Made by a program: the position numbers and the translations under genes. The notes below the pieces were generated by a model, which ran no database searches, was not told the DNA's origin, and was given only the letters and a program-made list of their open reading frames with translations. DNA of 63,213 nucleotides, counting the filler, from Pelomyxa schiedti (Eukaryota > Protista > Evosea), in NCBI GenBank assembly GCA_020536535.1. It is 7 parts of 7 records of this genome, joined end to end, with 100 filler letters (N's around TTAATTAATTAA, not from the genome) between each part and the next. Parts side by side here need not be neighbours in the genome. Positions count along the whole stretch, not along the records: positions 1 to 29,643 come from JAHLWZ010000483.1; positions 29,744 to 31,208 come from JAHLWZ010002486.1; positions 31,309 to 40,959 come from JAHLWZ010001287.1; 4 more parts are not named here. One strand, written 5' to 3'. Below are positions 22,923 through 35,399 of this stretch, one piece after another; position 1 is the first letter of the stretch, and every line of letters starts with the position of its first letter.

Positions 22923-25900
22923 ATGGATTTGGTAATGAAACGACGTCAGCAGCGGTTGCAGGCATGTCATCAGTCATCCCACAATACATATTACACTCGC
23001 ACAGGGTCGACAAATATATAAACTGAATTGTAACATTATTTGGTAATTTGGTTCCTATGTATTGTTTATTTTTCCCCAGCAAGAAAGAGAGATGGCAGCA
23101 CTGTTAGGGGGTGGTGCTAGTAATACTACTGAAGATATCACTGCTACTTCAGTACCATCAACTCCAGTTCCACCTACTACATCAGAGAAGCCTGTTGTAT
23201 CTGTGGAATCAAGTGTGTCATCCTCAGTGACATCAGTGGGTGGTGCCAGTGAGGTTGATTCATCATTGGGCACACTGAGTGTCACTGGTGGGGGTGAAGT
23301 AGAGCCTACACCAGTGGTGGAGCCCTTGACTCAGTCAAAGCCATCAGTTTTGAACGATAGCTACGAGGATATTCTATCCTCATATAGGATTCGCCGGCCA
23401 AGGACTAGCTTGATTTCAGATTCCACTAGCACTCCTTCCTCTAGTGTTGCGCCTGACCCAACACCTAGTTCTACCATCAGTATAACTGCTGAGACAGAGC
23501 GCACCCTTTCTCCCGCCAACACTTTGTCCCCAACTGTTGACGATAAACCTGCTCCACTAACAAATATTGATAGCTCCACTTCAGCTACTCCTCTGGAAAC
23601 CCAGAATAGTTTACCTTCGGAAGTAGAAGAGAAGAGCTCCATAAAATCCGATAGCGCTGAGTCTAGCACCACTGTCAAAGAGGAAACTCTTGTACCTCCT
23701 CCCTCTTCTGAAAGTACCCGCGCACAGTCACCTCCGTGTTCCATCCGCGAAAACCCAGTACCATCTGCCAATATAACAGCAAGTGTTCTTCCAGACGCCG
23801 ATGAAGCTTTCCTCAGTTCTGTAAAAATTCGAAGGCCAAGGATCTCTGTTACCAGTACACCAGAACTTCCATCAACTCCAACCCGCACCAGAACTGCCGA
23901 TAGTGACACGGCAAAGGAACTAGAAGCATTACTTCAGCGTAAACCTATATCCATTTTGACTGAAATTCAGCAGCGTGATATCTTACCCAAGACTGACCTC
24001 AGCTCTGGACCTTCACTGTCCGCCAGGGTACGCTCAAGATCCCCGTCACCTGCACCTGAAACTCCTGTTCCGATCCCCGCTCCTGTTCCTGCAACTGTCC
24101 CCACCGACGCTGTGACTCCTGATGAATCTGATGAAAACATGGCTTTTCTTTCATCGCTTAAAATCCGCCGGCCAAGACTTGGTGTCCACACACCAGAAGT
24201 TGCACCCTCCACTCCTGTCATTACCTCAGCCCAACGCAGAAATTACGACGGAGGTCCAACAGCGGAAGAGTTGGAAAAAGCACTCCAACGCCAAACCTAT
24301 ATCCCTCAAGCCCTCAAAGAGGAGGACATTGCTCCAGCCGTGGCGGCCACACCCGTAACTCCGGCAACACCTGTCCGATCTTATGCCGCTCCCCTATCCT
24401 CCTTCACTTCCACTCCCACTGCCACTCCTACAGTGCCAACAACACCTCTCCCTGCAGATGTTGTCTACGAGTCCTCCCTTGCTGCAATACAACGAAGGAG
24501 GATAGAGACCACTCTGAAATAGTGTGCATGTTCTAAAACAAAAAAAAGCGTACCTAATCTTTTGTAGCATAAACACTGGCACTGAAACATACACGAAGAC
24601 TACTGATAGTACTACAAAAAGTCTGGAAGAATACGAGATCATGCTGAGGCAAAAAGAACTTGAATCAGATGTGAAAAAATTGAAAAAGCAACTTGACGAT
24701 CGACTTGCAGCACAAGAGTACCCGCCTCACATCCAATCAAAGTTTTCTGACAAAGAACTACAGTGGCACAGCACTGCTAGTTTCTCAAGCTCAATCCCGC
24801 AACGAAGAACTTCAGAGCCAAATTGATGAAATGACAGTCCGACTGCAAACATATGAACATATAACTCCTCGACTACTTTCCAACACAGCCCCAGCAAAAG
24901 TTTCAGCACTTCCGGCACCACCTCCTAAATTAGGTTAACTCCGCAACACACTTCTTTGCATCTAATCCCAATTTCAGAACAAGCGTACAGTGCAGGAGAC
25001 CAAGTCTTTGCACAGTTTGGGAAAGATTGGTACACATCAAGCAAGGTACTTGACTTTGATGGCGAATCTTACACGCTTTCCATTGGGGACACAGCTGAGC
25101 GTGCCACCATGTCAAAGTCAAAAGTGTTTCCAACAATCACCAAGGTAATCTGTCAAAACTGAAAAAGTGTTTTTAACTGGAATATTAGATGATAGATGAC
25201 ATCCGCTTGGCCATAAAACGGGAGGCGGAATTGAATGACAGGCTCCCGAGAATGACGGAGGCCTATGAAGCACAGATTGCTGGAATTACCAAAGAAATTG
25301 AAGAAGTAACTGCTGACATTGAAGGTTTGTATTGCCCGCCGGTAATGAACAATCTAACATACATGCAACAGATTACAAATTTTTCCTTGGGGAGGACTTC
25401 TGCTCCACTGTGGACAACAACCCTGAAAACCAAGCCACAAAATCCTTCCAGGAAGAAACCAATACCATGCTATATCTCACCAAAGAAGTCCAGGTTTATA
25501 TCCACACATCCAAACCAAGCACCAACTAACACATATGAATGAAGGCTCTTAACGAATATGCCATCAGCCGAACCAAGTGGTATGTTGGAAAAAGTAAGGA
25601 CAGTGGAAGTGGGCTTCTTGCAAATTTGCTGGATCCGCTAGCTGCTCCACAGGACCTTCCTCCAGCAACCAAAGAAGAAGCTCTCCGGACTTCTATTTTC
25701 CAGTTCTTTGATGAAAAACAAAACGCCGCAGAGGTAGTTCACGCTTCCTCCCACTCTAAAGTAAATCATTTTGTTTCCTACAGATAGAAGACATTGTAAA
25801 CCATTCATGTGATTATTCCCGCACGAAAACTAACTACAACATCATACATACACCCAACTCCATTTCCGTATTTTCGGGTACTGACACCCTCCTGGAAGCC

Positions 25901-26401
25901 AATATAAAGGACACTCTAGCCACAGTAAGTTCTCCTTTCTGAAAATGCAATACACTGATTGATTTATGCCAAACTATAGTCGTCAAGAGTGACACAACAA
26001 GTTGCATTGCCAACTGGACTTCGTGCTAGGAGAGAAGAAAACAAACCCAAGCCACTTGATACAGCCCGTTTCCGGCTGACTCTCAATAGCTGGCACTCTG
26101 TGGTATCTTTTTATATTCTACAAAAAAACCACCAAAAATCCTCAAAAACACAAACCTTTTTGCCCAAAACTTATCCACGCAAAAGGGAAAGCCAGCAATG
26201 TCTGAGGCACCAATATATCCATATGCCATTTTATCTAATGGAGACACATCGGAGCTTGGCCTTGATCCAGCGATTCCACCAGAGGAGTACCTCACTGAGC
26301 CGGAATTCGAAACAGTGTTTGGAATGCGCAGGAGTGTATTTGATACACTTCCAGAGTACCACAAGACATTCCTTCGCATACAGAGAAAACTTGTAACCTG
26401 A
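22923..26401 (+). CDS. large Ser/Thr/Pro-rich protein with coiled coils, Tudor-like segment and C-terminal villin headpiece, multi-exon
   Basis: headpiece PEEYLTEPEFETVFGMRRSVFDTLPEYHKTFLRIQRKL; YSAGDQVFAQFGKDWYTSSKVLDFDGESYTL; the apparent stop at 24520-24522 is removed by the GT donor at 24522/24523; first exon uncertain. Confidence 0.75.
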
Positions 26402-26539
26402 ATCAAACACTAAAATAGAGTTACTGTCGGATTAAATTGCTTAGTTCTTCTGTCTGGTTTAAAGGATTTACAAACCAAACAGCAAACTTGCTTATGTTTG
26501 TTTATTTTTCAAGCCCCCTTGAAACAAGCGTCGTATTGT

Positions 26540-28733
26540 TTAGAGGAACTTGAAAAATAAACAAACATCATGGACGTTGGAGAAGCCCTCAACAAAATCA
26601 ATTCTGTCAAGGATTCCAGTCTGTGGTAAGTTAACACAAAGTAATGTGAGAAAGTGCATGCTTGATCCGCATCCATTCTCTCAAATACACAGTCGACTAC
26701 GTGGCTGAGATGTGCTAGCACATTTCTGTTCAATTCGGGATTGCCTTCTTCCACTGACATTCTCTAGAGAGCATATTAGTCACTTTGCTTATTCGGAAGA
26801 AGATTTACCTTCTTTACAACAGCACGAGCCAGGTCGCTGAGTAAATTCGTGAAAACAGGCAGAAAGGAAGGAAAAGTGTACAATATGAGTTCCTTTGAGA
26901 GAGTACCATCGCCAGTTGGGTCCCAAATCTCAAATAACTCTGCGAGGGCGAATAAGTAAATCCCTTGCTGGAGGAAAAGAACTGTTTAGTTTGCTCTCTG
27001 TAAAACAATTATGCAGTTGGCATAAATTCAAAAAGAGTACCCATATTTCCGGCTCGAAAAAGGGTGTCGGTGAGAAAAAAGTCCTTCAGCTCCATTTTCC
27101 TGTGTTTAGTTGATATTATTTTGCTTGGAATAATAAAACGCAGAGTGACAAACCCGGTGCTCAAAGGATCGAAATAGTGAAACATCTGAGAATGTAAGTG
27201 CGACCGAAATTTGGAGTGCCTATGCACACATTTTCAGCTATTTCTGGCATGGTAAAGTTGTTGATTGCCACTGTAAATTCGTTGTAGGAAACCTTCCCAT
27301 CCCTCTCGGATGCTCTTCTTAGTCTCTTGTATACAATATCCCCTTTTGGTGTATCCATTTACAAGTCAACAAATAGCGGCATACTTTTCTCTTCGGGAAG
27401 TACCAAGAATGTCCCTATTAAATTAAATAATTAATACGTTGCGTTGCCTGTGAAACAAAAAAAGGGGAAAACTGGTGAACCCATAATAACAAGTGCCTAC
27501 CATTAGAACGTGGTCGTGTTGGTGTTGCGCAACAACAATAGTTACCCGGACCCAACGCACTTCCCATAAACTTGCTTATGAAAACCGATCACCACGACTC
27601 CCAGCTTCCCCCCAAATACCACACAATCAACACTATCGGCTGAATATCCCCCTTCAGGGGCTAACACAACTACATGAACTCCCGTGCAGGTCGAGGCCTT
27701 TGCATCATTTTATCATGAAAACCAAATATCCGCATCACCTTCTCAATGCAGTGTTTCCCAGTTTGGTCAAAGAAAAATCCAAGACAACCGTATCGACACC
27801 AACAACCAATAACGAAGTAATGAGGGCACCACCCCACCTTTTCGAGGTCAATGATTAATTGATGGGTTATGCCGTTATGTTAAGCTCTAAACTAAAGTTG
27901 TAAATACAGAATGTGCTTAATTTATGGGTTACCCTGTGCCCGTGGATGATGTCAATAGAGGGTCTGTATGTCGAAGCCTCGTGTGAGGTTTTTTGGGAGT
28001 TTTTCTTCTGGGCAATATGCTGGTCTATTCTTGCAGTGTTGATTCATGGTGCATCTGGCGCTGTGGAACTACTTTCAACAAGGGGAGAAGCGCCTGATAA
28101 TCGCAATGAAGAGAGCCCCACTGAGCACGACGTAGTTATATGGGTTACAGAGACCGCTGTGTACTTGCCTGTCATTGTCTACGGTGCCATTCAGTGAGTA
28201 AAAGCTCTTGTTTAAAATATGTCGAACTAAGTCGCACCAACGAAACAGCATTCCAGAATTTATGAAACAACACTGCTCACTCCCACAGACTGTGATGGTC
28301 TTCACTTGTTATGCTTTGTTCTGTTGCCGATGGCTCTGGGCCCTGTCCGGTTCCTTCGAAATCCTCCTGGCAGAAATCAAAAACTGCATCCACAAACGCA
28401 CACAAGTAGCTGATGATGTTGCCACCGTGTGACGCACTCACCAAAAAAAGCGGCATCCCCCTTGCCCTGATTTTTTTTTGATCGTTCATTCTCACTCATT
28501 CGTGAAACTGATTGAGGGATGAAGGGGAGCTCACTAGGGTTAGTCGGGGACACACGCACATGGGAGCGCAAGTGGCAGGGCGACATACGACCGGGGCATG
28601 TGCTCGACGCGCGCAGCCAGATCGTAGCACTGGCAGCACGGGGGCGGGGACGAGGGAGCGTGGGTGTGGGCGGCGAGCAGGGAGAGGGCGCCGAGGGTGC
28701 GGACGTACTGTCTGAGGTGGTGCTAAGGCTCAT
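26540..28733 (-). CDS. multi-EF-hand calcium-binding protein, many short exons (5' extent uncertain)
   Basis: EF-like loops ERDGKVSYNEF, FDPLSTGFVTL, WDPTGDGTLSKE and DADQTGILDRIDF (the last after splicing 26621-26661). Confidence 0.6.
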
Positions 28734-28821
28734 TAGGCCCTATGTGGTGTCGACCCACGCCATCGTGGTAATACGCCTAAGGAACATTGGTGGCATGTGG
28801 GTTGTGGGACTGTCTCAGACT

Positions 28822-28825
<4 letters not shown>

Positions 28826-28862
<37 letters not shown>
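28826..28862. repeat. (GT)n microsatellite, about 18 units
   Basis: direct reading. Confidence 0.95.
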
Positions 28863-28864
<2 letters not shown>

Positions 28865-29366
28865 TCACAGTGTGGGGGTCATCCACCGAGAAAACTTCCC
28901 ACACATTCTCACTAGTCTCAATTGCGAAGTGGTTGGAATCAACCTTTTCCACATTGCAGAACTGGTGCTTGAGAGTGACCTGCTCACCAGAAGCTGGGTA
29001 CATTAAGCAGCCAAGTCCCGGCCTGTAGCTTCCAATGGATTTGGTGTAAACAGCCGGGTTCCCATCTCTGGTAACAAACAGGTGTTCTGATGGTGCCGAA
29101 TTGTACCATTTGACCATGTCTTGCGTAAATATAAGTGACCCTCGTGCGGCGTAGGTCAGCTTCACGTTGACTTTCCAAAGCCAAGTCGCCCTGAGTGATG
29201 AACCCATAATTGTGAGCTCGTCGGTTCCGTCCTCTGGTGACTGCCACAGCTCCAGGTGCCAACGGCACCCGCTTCGCTGCCCTGATGACAACGGCAGAAT
29301 CACGGGAACGCGGTGATCTACTTCATCTGTGTTCTTGCTTATGTTGATGTAGCTTGTGCACTCCAT
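28858..29366 (-). CDS. hypothetical protein, 5'/middle part, truncated by (CA)n; its natural C-terminus is at 2375-2588
   Basis: open frame; 121-bp identity with 2589-2709. Confidence 0.55.
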
Positions 29367-29525
29367 TACCCACCGGCTGTTGCATACAGCAACAGACTCA
29401 TGGGACAGATTCGCACAGAATGTCTTCCACGTTACTCCTGGTCAAAACAAAAAAAAAAACTCAAGTGAATTGAATTCACGACTGGAACATATAGTTTATT
29501 AATGTAATTTGCGGCACCAAACCAC

Positions 29526-29643
<118 letters not shown>

Positions 29644-29743
29644 NNNNNNNNNNNNNNNNNNNNNNNNNNNNNNNNNNNNNNNNNNNNTTAATTAATTAAN
29701 NNNNNNNNNNNNNNNNNNNNNNNNNNNNNNNNNNNNNNNNNNN
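29644..29743. other. artificial contig linker N44-TTAATTAATTAA-N44
   Basis: palindromic 12-mer with stops in all six frames, centred in 100 nt of N; repeated six times in the window. Confidence 0.97.
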
Positions 29744-31208
29744 CTTTTTTTTATGTTGCTCTTAATCTAACTCAATATTTAACAGTGCTGACAGGCCAGT
29801 TAAAGCCACTATTTGTCACAATAAGCACTCCCAAGTGTTGTGTGTGTCTGATGAAGAGAGCCTTCCTCGACAACAAGCCTCTTTGAGGCTCTTATGCCAT
29901 TTATTCATTGCCTCAGCCAGTTCTTGTTTGAGAATACTTGGGGGACCATAGAATTCAGCATCTGACCAAGAATGTTAGGTGTGGTGATGGATGTGACGAC
30001 GGGTGTGGTGACGGGTGCGGCGACGGGTGTGGTGACGGGTGCAGTGACGGGTGTGGTGACGAGTGCGGCGACGGGTGTAGTGATGGTTGTGGCGACAGGT
30101 GCAGGGTTTACCTCTTTGTATTTTTCAATTAAATTCATAGACAGCAAAGAAGAACTTGATGAGTTTCTATCACCAGAGTTGTCACTATCAACATTTATGA
30201 CATCTATACAACATTAATATATTAAAATCAAGGCTGCATTACCATCATCTTCTGATGAAAAGGCTTCATCATCCAAGCTGGAAACAGGGTAATCCCTTGG
30301 TGATCCAAAATGTTGAAGTGAGGTTGAGGGTGCATGTTTATGTGGTACACAAAGAGCATGTGAATGTTTAGGTTTTTTAAGTTCTGGTGGCTGAATTGAT
30401 TTTGAAGATTTGGGTTTTTTATTTTGTGACAATTTGGGTTTTTTGGTTTGTGAAGATTTGGGTTTTTTAGTTTTATATTTTGAAGGTTTTTTTGTTGATT
30501 TTGGGGGTATGTTTCTTTTTGGTTGAGAGGAAGCAGGTACTGCTGATTGTTTGCTTAGCTAAAGGGACAACACTGTAGTAGTGTGTGTGTAGCAATCCAG
30601 TTGAAGTACCCTTTGTTGCACTCATCCCACCAGTTACACCCATCCTGGCACTTGTCGCTGCACCTGTCGCCGCACCCATCACCACACTCGTCGCCACACT
30701 CGTCACTACACCCGTCGCCACATCCGTCGCCACACCCATCGCTGCACCCGTCGCCACACCCATCGCCACACCCGGTGCCACACCCGTCGCCGCACCCGTC
30801 GCCACACCCGTCGCCGCACCCGTCGCCACACCCATCGCCGCACCCATCACCGCACCCGTCGCTGCAGTAGTCGCCACACTCGTCGCTGCACTTGTCATCA
30901 ATGTTGTAGCTCCCCCCATGGCAGCCACCACACATTTCACTGCCGCACCAGTTGCCACCACGCCGGTCCCTGCCCCACTGAAAGCACTCACCACATTTGT
31001 TGACTCTGTTGTTGCCCTGTTGTCACCGCCATTGTTCCCCCTGTCGCTGCCGTCGTCACCTCCCCATCGTCCCACCCAACAACGCACTTGTCACCACACT
31101 TGGAGGCACCAATAACGACGTTCCTGTGTCTACCTCAGTTGTTGCTCTCGTTGGTTTATTGCGTCCCATCACTATGCAACAACCAATTTTTTTTTCTTGT
31201 CTTTAGTA
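29744..31208 (-). mobile_element. second copy (internal part, inverted) of the 53183-55178 TIR element, lacking the solo LTR
   Basis: reverse complement aligns to about 53437-54991; single AACAA at 31178-31182 where the other copy has the LTR flanked by TTGTT. Confidence 0.85.
30650..30880. repeat. 12-bp minisatellite (GCACCCGTCGCC-like, APVA frame); an inverted array of the same unit lies at about 29990-30095
   Basis: direct reading; unit number differs from the homologous arrays at 54002-54190 and 54661-54700. Confidence 0.85.
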
Positions 31209-31308
31209 NNNNNNNNNNNNNNNNNNNNNNNNNNNNNNNNNNNNNNNNNNNNTTAATTAATTAANNNNNNNNNNNNNNNNNNNNNNNNNNNNNNNNNNNN
31301 NNNNNNNN
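31209..31308. other. artificial contig linker
   Basis: TTAATTAATTAA at 31253-31264 within Ns. Confidence 0.97.
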
Positions 31309-31507
31309 CCTCCCCCTCTTCCCCCTCCTCCTCTTCTTCGTCCCCCTCCCCCTCCTCCTCCTGCACCTCCTCTTGCCGTTGCTCGCCACATCCGGCTGCC
31401 CCGTGGCTGCGCTGCTCTACGGCACCGCCATTCCCCTGCCTCTCTTCCTCTTCCTCTTCCTCTTCTTCCTCCTCTTCTTCGTCGTACAAATCGTAGTCGT
31501 CTGCCAT
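31309..31507 (-). CDS. 5' fragment of an acidic (poly-Glu) protein, truncated by the contig end
   Basis: MADDYDLYDEEEEEE... Confidence 0.4.
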
Positions 31508-31639
31508 CGGGTTTGATTGATTCCAACATCAACGAAGCAGAAAGCTCCGGAGATCGGATGCAACTTGGAAGGAAGACCAAACAACATTTTTTTTTTTAAT
31601 TTAACGTTGGGGTGTTGGTGGTGGGTGGTTTGATAGATC

Positions 31640-34038
31640 TTAGCGGCTCGTTCTTGTTGTTGGGTCGTCTAGTTGTGACATGAGGGAAGTGATGCGGGCA
31701 TCCAGGTACTCGTGGACGCCGTAGATCTGGCCGACATATTGGTACAGTGACACGTCAAAGTCGTCGGCCGTGTATCCGGCAGACACCATGTGGTACAAGT
31801 CATTGACTGCAGTCGGCGCTGCCTGCACGTGCATTGTTTCTATGCGCTCGAAAAATTCGCCGTCGACCTGTTGTAGTGTGAGTACCGTGCAATTTCCACT
31901 TTGGTCATTAATTGGGGCTTTTACTCCCAAATAGAGATATCGTTTGGGGCGTTTTAAGTTGTAAGAGCATAAGGTTTCATGAAACGATAAATCTTTAAAA
32001 ATCAAGAAGATTGATACCATAAAGTATTTGTTGAGGAGATCCCAGAAGTAATTTGTGAACGAATCCCTAAAGGACTTCACATTCATAACTCGAACAAACA
32101 GCACGTTGGGACTGTACTTATATGGATTGATTTCAGTGTAGTCCTGTTTGTTTCATTGTTGATACAAGCGAGCAACGGTCATGGGCTTACCATAACAGGT
32201 TGATCCATTACATCTGGAAACCCGAAGGATAGATCAAGGTCTTGCCTCCAATAGACAAATTGGTTGGCACTATTGAGAAACAAGAAGATGTTGTTGCATT
32301 CATTGTTTATACCATCCCAGTTTGACGTAGATATTTCCATAATGACCCTATAATGAAACTTTTACTTCAATCTGGGAGACCTGATTGACATACGCTCTTA
32401 AGAAGCTATCCACATCAAGAACCTTGATGGCGAAGTTAGACTAGTTGAACCAGGTTTATAACTACCTTTGAAATTTGACTCTCAAATGACTCATCTGGAG
32501 AGTTATTCAACACATATAAGAAATTTATGAGTGCCGTGTAGTCACTGGCTTCATCTGTTTCTGGATCATAACATGGCCCGCCAAAGCAAGTTAAGTTCGT
32601 ATAATCACTCGGGTCTGCCGACTTATCAACTGAAATAACGCACGAATTCCATAGTACCTGAGCCCCAGTAGGTAAAATTTGCCCCCAAATTTGTTTTGTA
32701 AACAGGTGTATCAGAATAGCCCATCCTAGATTTATAGAACTGCTCATCCATAACCTTTTTTTTTTGGAAAAAAAATTATTTTCATACAGTCTGCACAGTT
32801 CAACTTACTTCCGAAACAATGTACAATCCCCAGCTCCTGTCATTTACAAATACTTCTCCATATGAAGTTCGATATACCGGGCTATTCATAGAGTACGAAA
32901 TTGACGCGGAGGCCATCTCTCTAACCCAAGAAGGGTCATAGACAGCTTAATGTATCGCTTAGCATCAATATCTTGTATTGCGGGAAATTACCCGACTTCA
33001 AAGCCAAGTGCTTGAGTTGATACCACTTACGGCCAGACACAAAGGTACTAAAACTCAGTTTCCAGCTCTTCTTCGGAAACGCTTTTGTGGTTGATCTAAT
33101 GAAATTAGAATCAAATTATTTCGAATAGGTTTAATACCCCAAAACGCGAATCCCTACATTGTTAACCACCTCACCAAGGTTGCCATTGTAAAACCACATA
33201 GTGCAGGGGAGGTAAGTATCACTTTGATAGTTGATTGGGTTGAGTAAGTAATCTAAATCTGAACTTGCCATAGTAATCCTAATTTGAGCAACAACTACAC
33301 TCAAACGTTACACTTTGAAGTTAGTACAATGGGAAGGAACCTGATGTGTTGAAGACTGGATGATCTAATCCGTACTCATCCCAATCAGAAAACCTTTCAC
33401 CTGGCACAGTCTCCACCACCTGAGGAAGGGATACAACTTGCGTTCCACAATCCTACATATTTTAGGGCATAATATTGTCCTACATGAAGGTTACCTGTCC
33501 GGTGTATCCAGTAGAACAAATGCAGGTTTGCTTCCCCGCAATGCTTTGGCACGTTCCATGTCCATTACAACTGTTAGGGCACTGAACGATAGTACATGCA
33601 TCGCCACCCCAGCCAGAATTGCAAGCACAACCGCTGCTCATGCAAACTCCGCGGGAAGAAGTAGGCCATCCACCACAAGCCAAAGGGCAGCCGCATTGAT
33701 AGGGATACTCAACTCCCATTTTGTCTACGGCATACAGGCACAAGCCAATTGGATTATAACCCATTGGAGACCTTGTAGTGGGGCAGAGCATATCGTTGTA
33801 TGTAGTTCCATTTTGCGTGCACACATAAGGCGGTAACCCTTATTGAAGGTGTCATTAGGAAAAGAATTGACCAGAAGCTTCTTCCGATACAAACAAATCA
33901 ATAGGATGCACGGCTCCTACCCTCCGGAGTTGAAACGTAACACCGCTGCGGGCAGTCACCTGCTCCCTCTATTGATACCACGGCATAACACACACAACCC
34001 CACAATAGCAGGCTCTCAACCGCCGTGTATTTCGCCAT
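31640..34038 (-). CDS. secreted EGF-repeat plus CotH-family kinase protein, multi-exon
   Basis: signal-like MAKYTAVESLLLWGCVCYAVVSIEG; EGF repeats CACNSGWGGDAC and CPNSCNGHGTC..CICSTGYTG; CotH signatures DYTALINFLYVLN..VDSFLR and NWDGINNECNNIFLF..VYWRQDLDLSFG. Confidence 0.8.
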
Positions 34039-34252
34039 GCCCCTATGCCCTTTCGCTAGTGTGTATTTTTTATTTTTATTTTTCTCCCCGTGGATCGTTG
34101 AATCCCAAACCCTGGCGTTTTTCGCCGTTATTCAATTCATGCACACTTGAAACTGACGGACGTAAAAGGAAGGATCAGTGCTGATGGTGCCGTAGCGATT
34201 AGTAACTACCCGATTTTGAAATCTTTGTTAGACTCGGGATGACACGAGTTAA

Positions 34253-35303
34253 ATGGAGCCGAAGCGAGAGAGCACTGTGACGAAACTGCAGGTGCCTTCG
34301 TTGCTGGCTGTGGAGCATGTTTGTCAACATAATATTGAGGAGGTGCTGAAGGTACACGGTGTGTGGAAGCCAGTTCTAATTGCGTGGCAGTGGCACAAGA
34401 AAGTAGAGGAAGAAATTGAGAACTGGTTTTCCAACTTGCAAGGTGAAGTCACACGCCTCTTCCAGTTGAAACAGAGGGAACTCATTCGTAATGCAATTGA
34501 AAACTCACAGGTCCGTTTCCTTTATAAAGTCAGACCAATACTAGAGTATTTCTTACCACCTAAAGAAATCCTTGGATGCGTTGTCCCTACTCCAAATAGG
34601 GCTCTGTGCCCCCAAACAACAGGTAGCTCTTACAATATGTATGTCCAATTTGGTCACTTGGAGCTAGTTGCTCGCTCATAGGGAAAGATTCATAGGGGAA
34701 TTCTCCCATGCTCTCTCCAACATCGGTATTCACAGAGGAGTTCACATTATCAACTTGCCTGGCAGTGTACACAGTCACATCCTTGAATACCTTCCAAACG
34801 AGTCCCTCTTAAACCTCAGGCTTGTATGCCGAACCTTTGCGTTGGAAGTACAGGAAGGTAAGTGCTTCCTTCTTCCCTATGCTCCTCACCAAATTCTATC
34901 AGAAATATCCACTGAGCCATTACACGGTGTGTGCTACATCGCCTTTGATGGGTACACTGTCACCCTACAAAAAACCGAGGGCGCATTGAGCAATAGGTGG
35001 ATGGAGATGAGTTTTGCGGGGAGTTACCAGGATGGCAAGGCACATGTGTCCATCACATTCCCCAAACAACTATGTTCATCACCAAAGCTGGTTCAACTTA
35101 CATTCCTCAGTGAGCAAAAGGAAGAACTTTCAACCGCAACTGTGCTATTTCCCCACAACAAACTGTGTGAAATGGTCAAGACTAAAACTGGGGTCAAAGT
35201 TGGACAAGGCAGGCCAAGAGGCTACATTAAGTACTGTGTTTCACACACCCCTCTATTTGCCACATTTGGCAGGGAGTCCGATTTTGTTGAAAAACACAAC
35301 TGA
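34253..35303 (+). CDS. F-box protein, multi-exon
   Basis: INLPGSVHSHILEYLPNESLLNLRLVCRTF. Confidence 0.7.
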
Positions 35304-35399
35304 ATTAAGAAGAATACTTTGAACAAATTTGTTTATATTCATATTTTTGGTGTGTTTGGTGAAGGTGGAAAAATTCTGAAGGGTTCGGCTATGTTGTAC

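Noticed and set aside
22930-23079. Second GC-AG intron (CAG|GCATGT) in the villin-headpiece gene
   Set aside because: An upstream GT donor (TTG|GTAATG) gives an equally in-frame product, so this cannot be decided from sequence alone.
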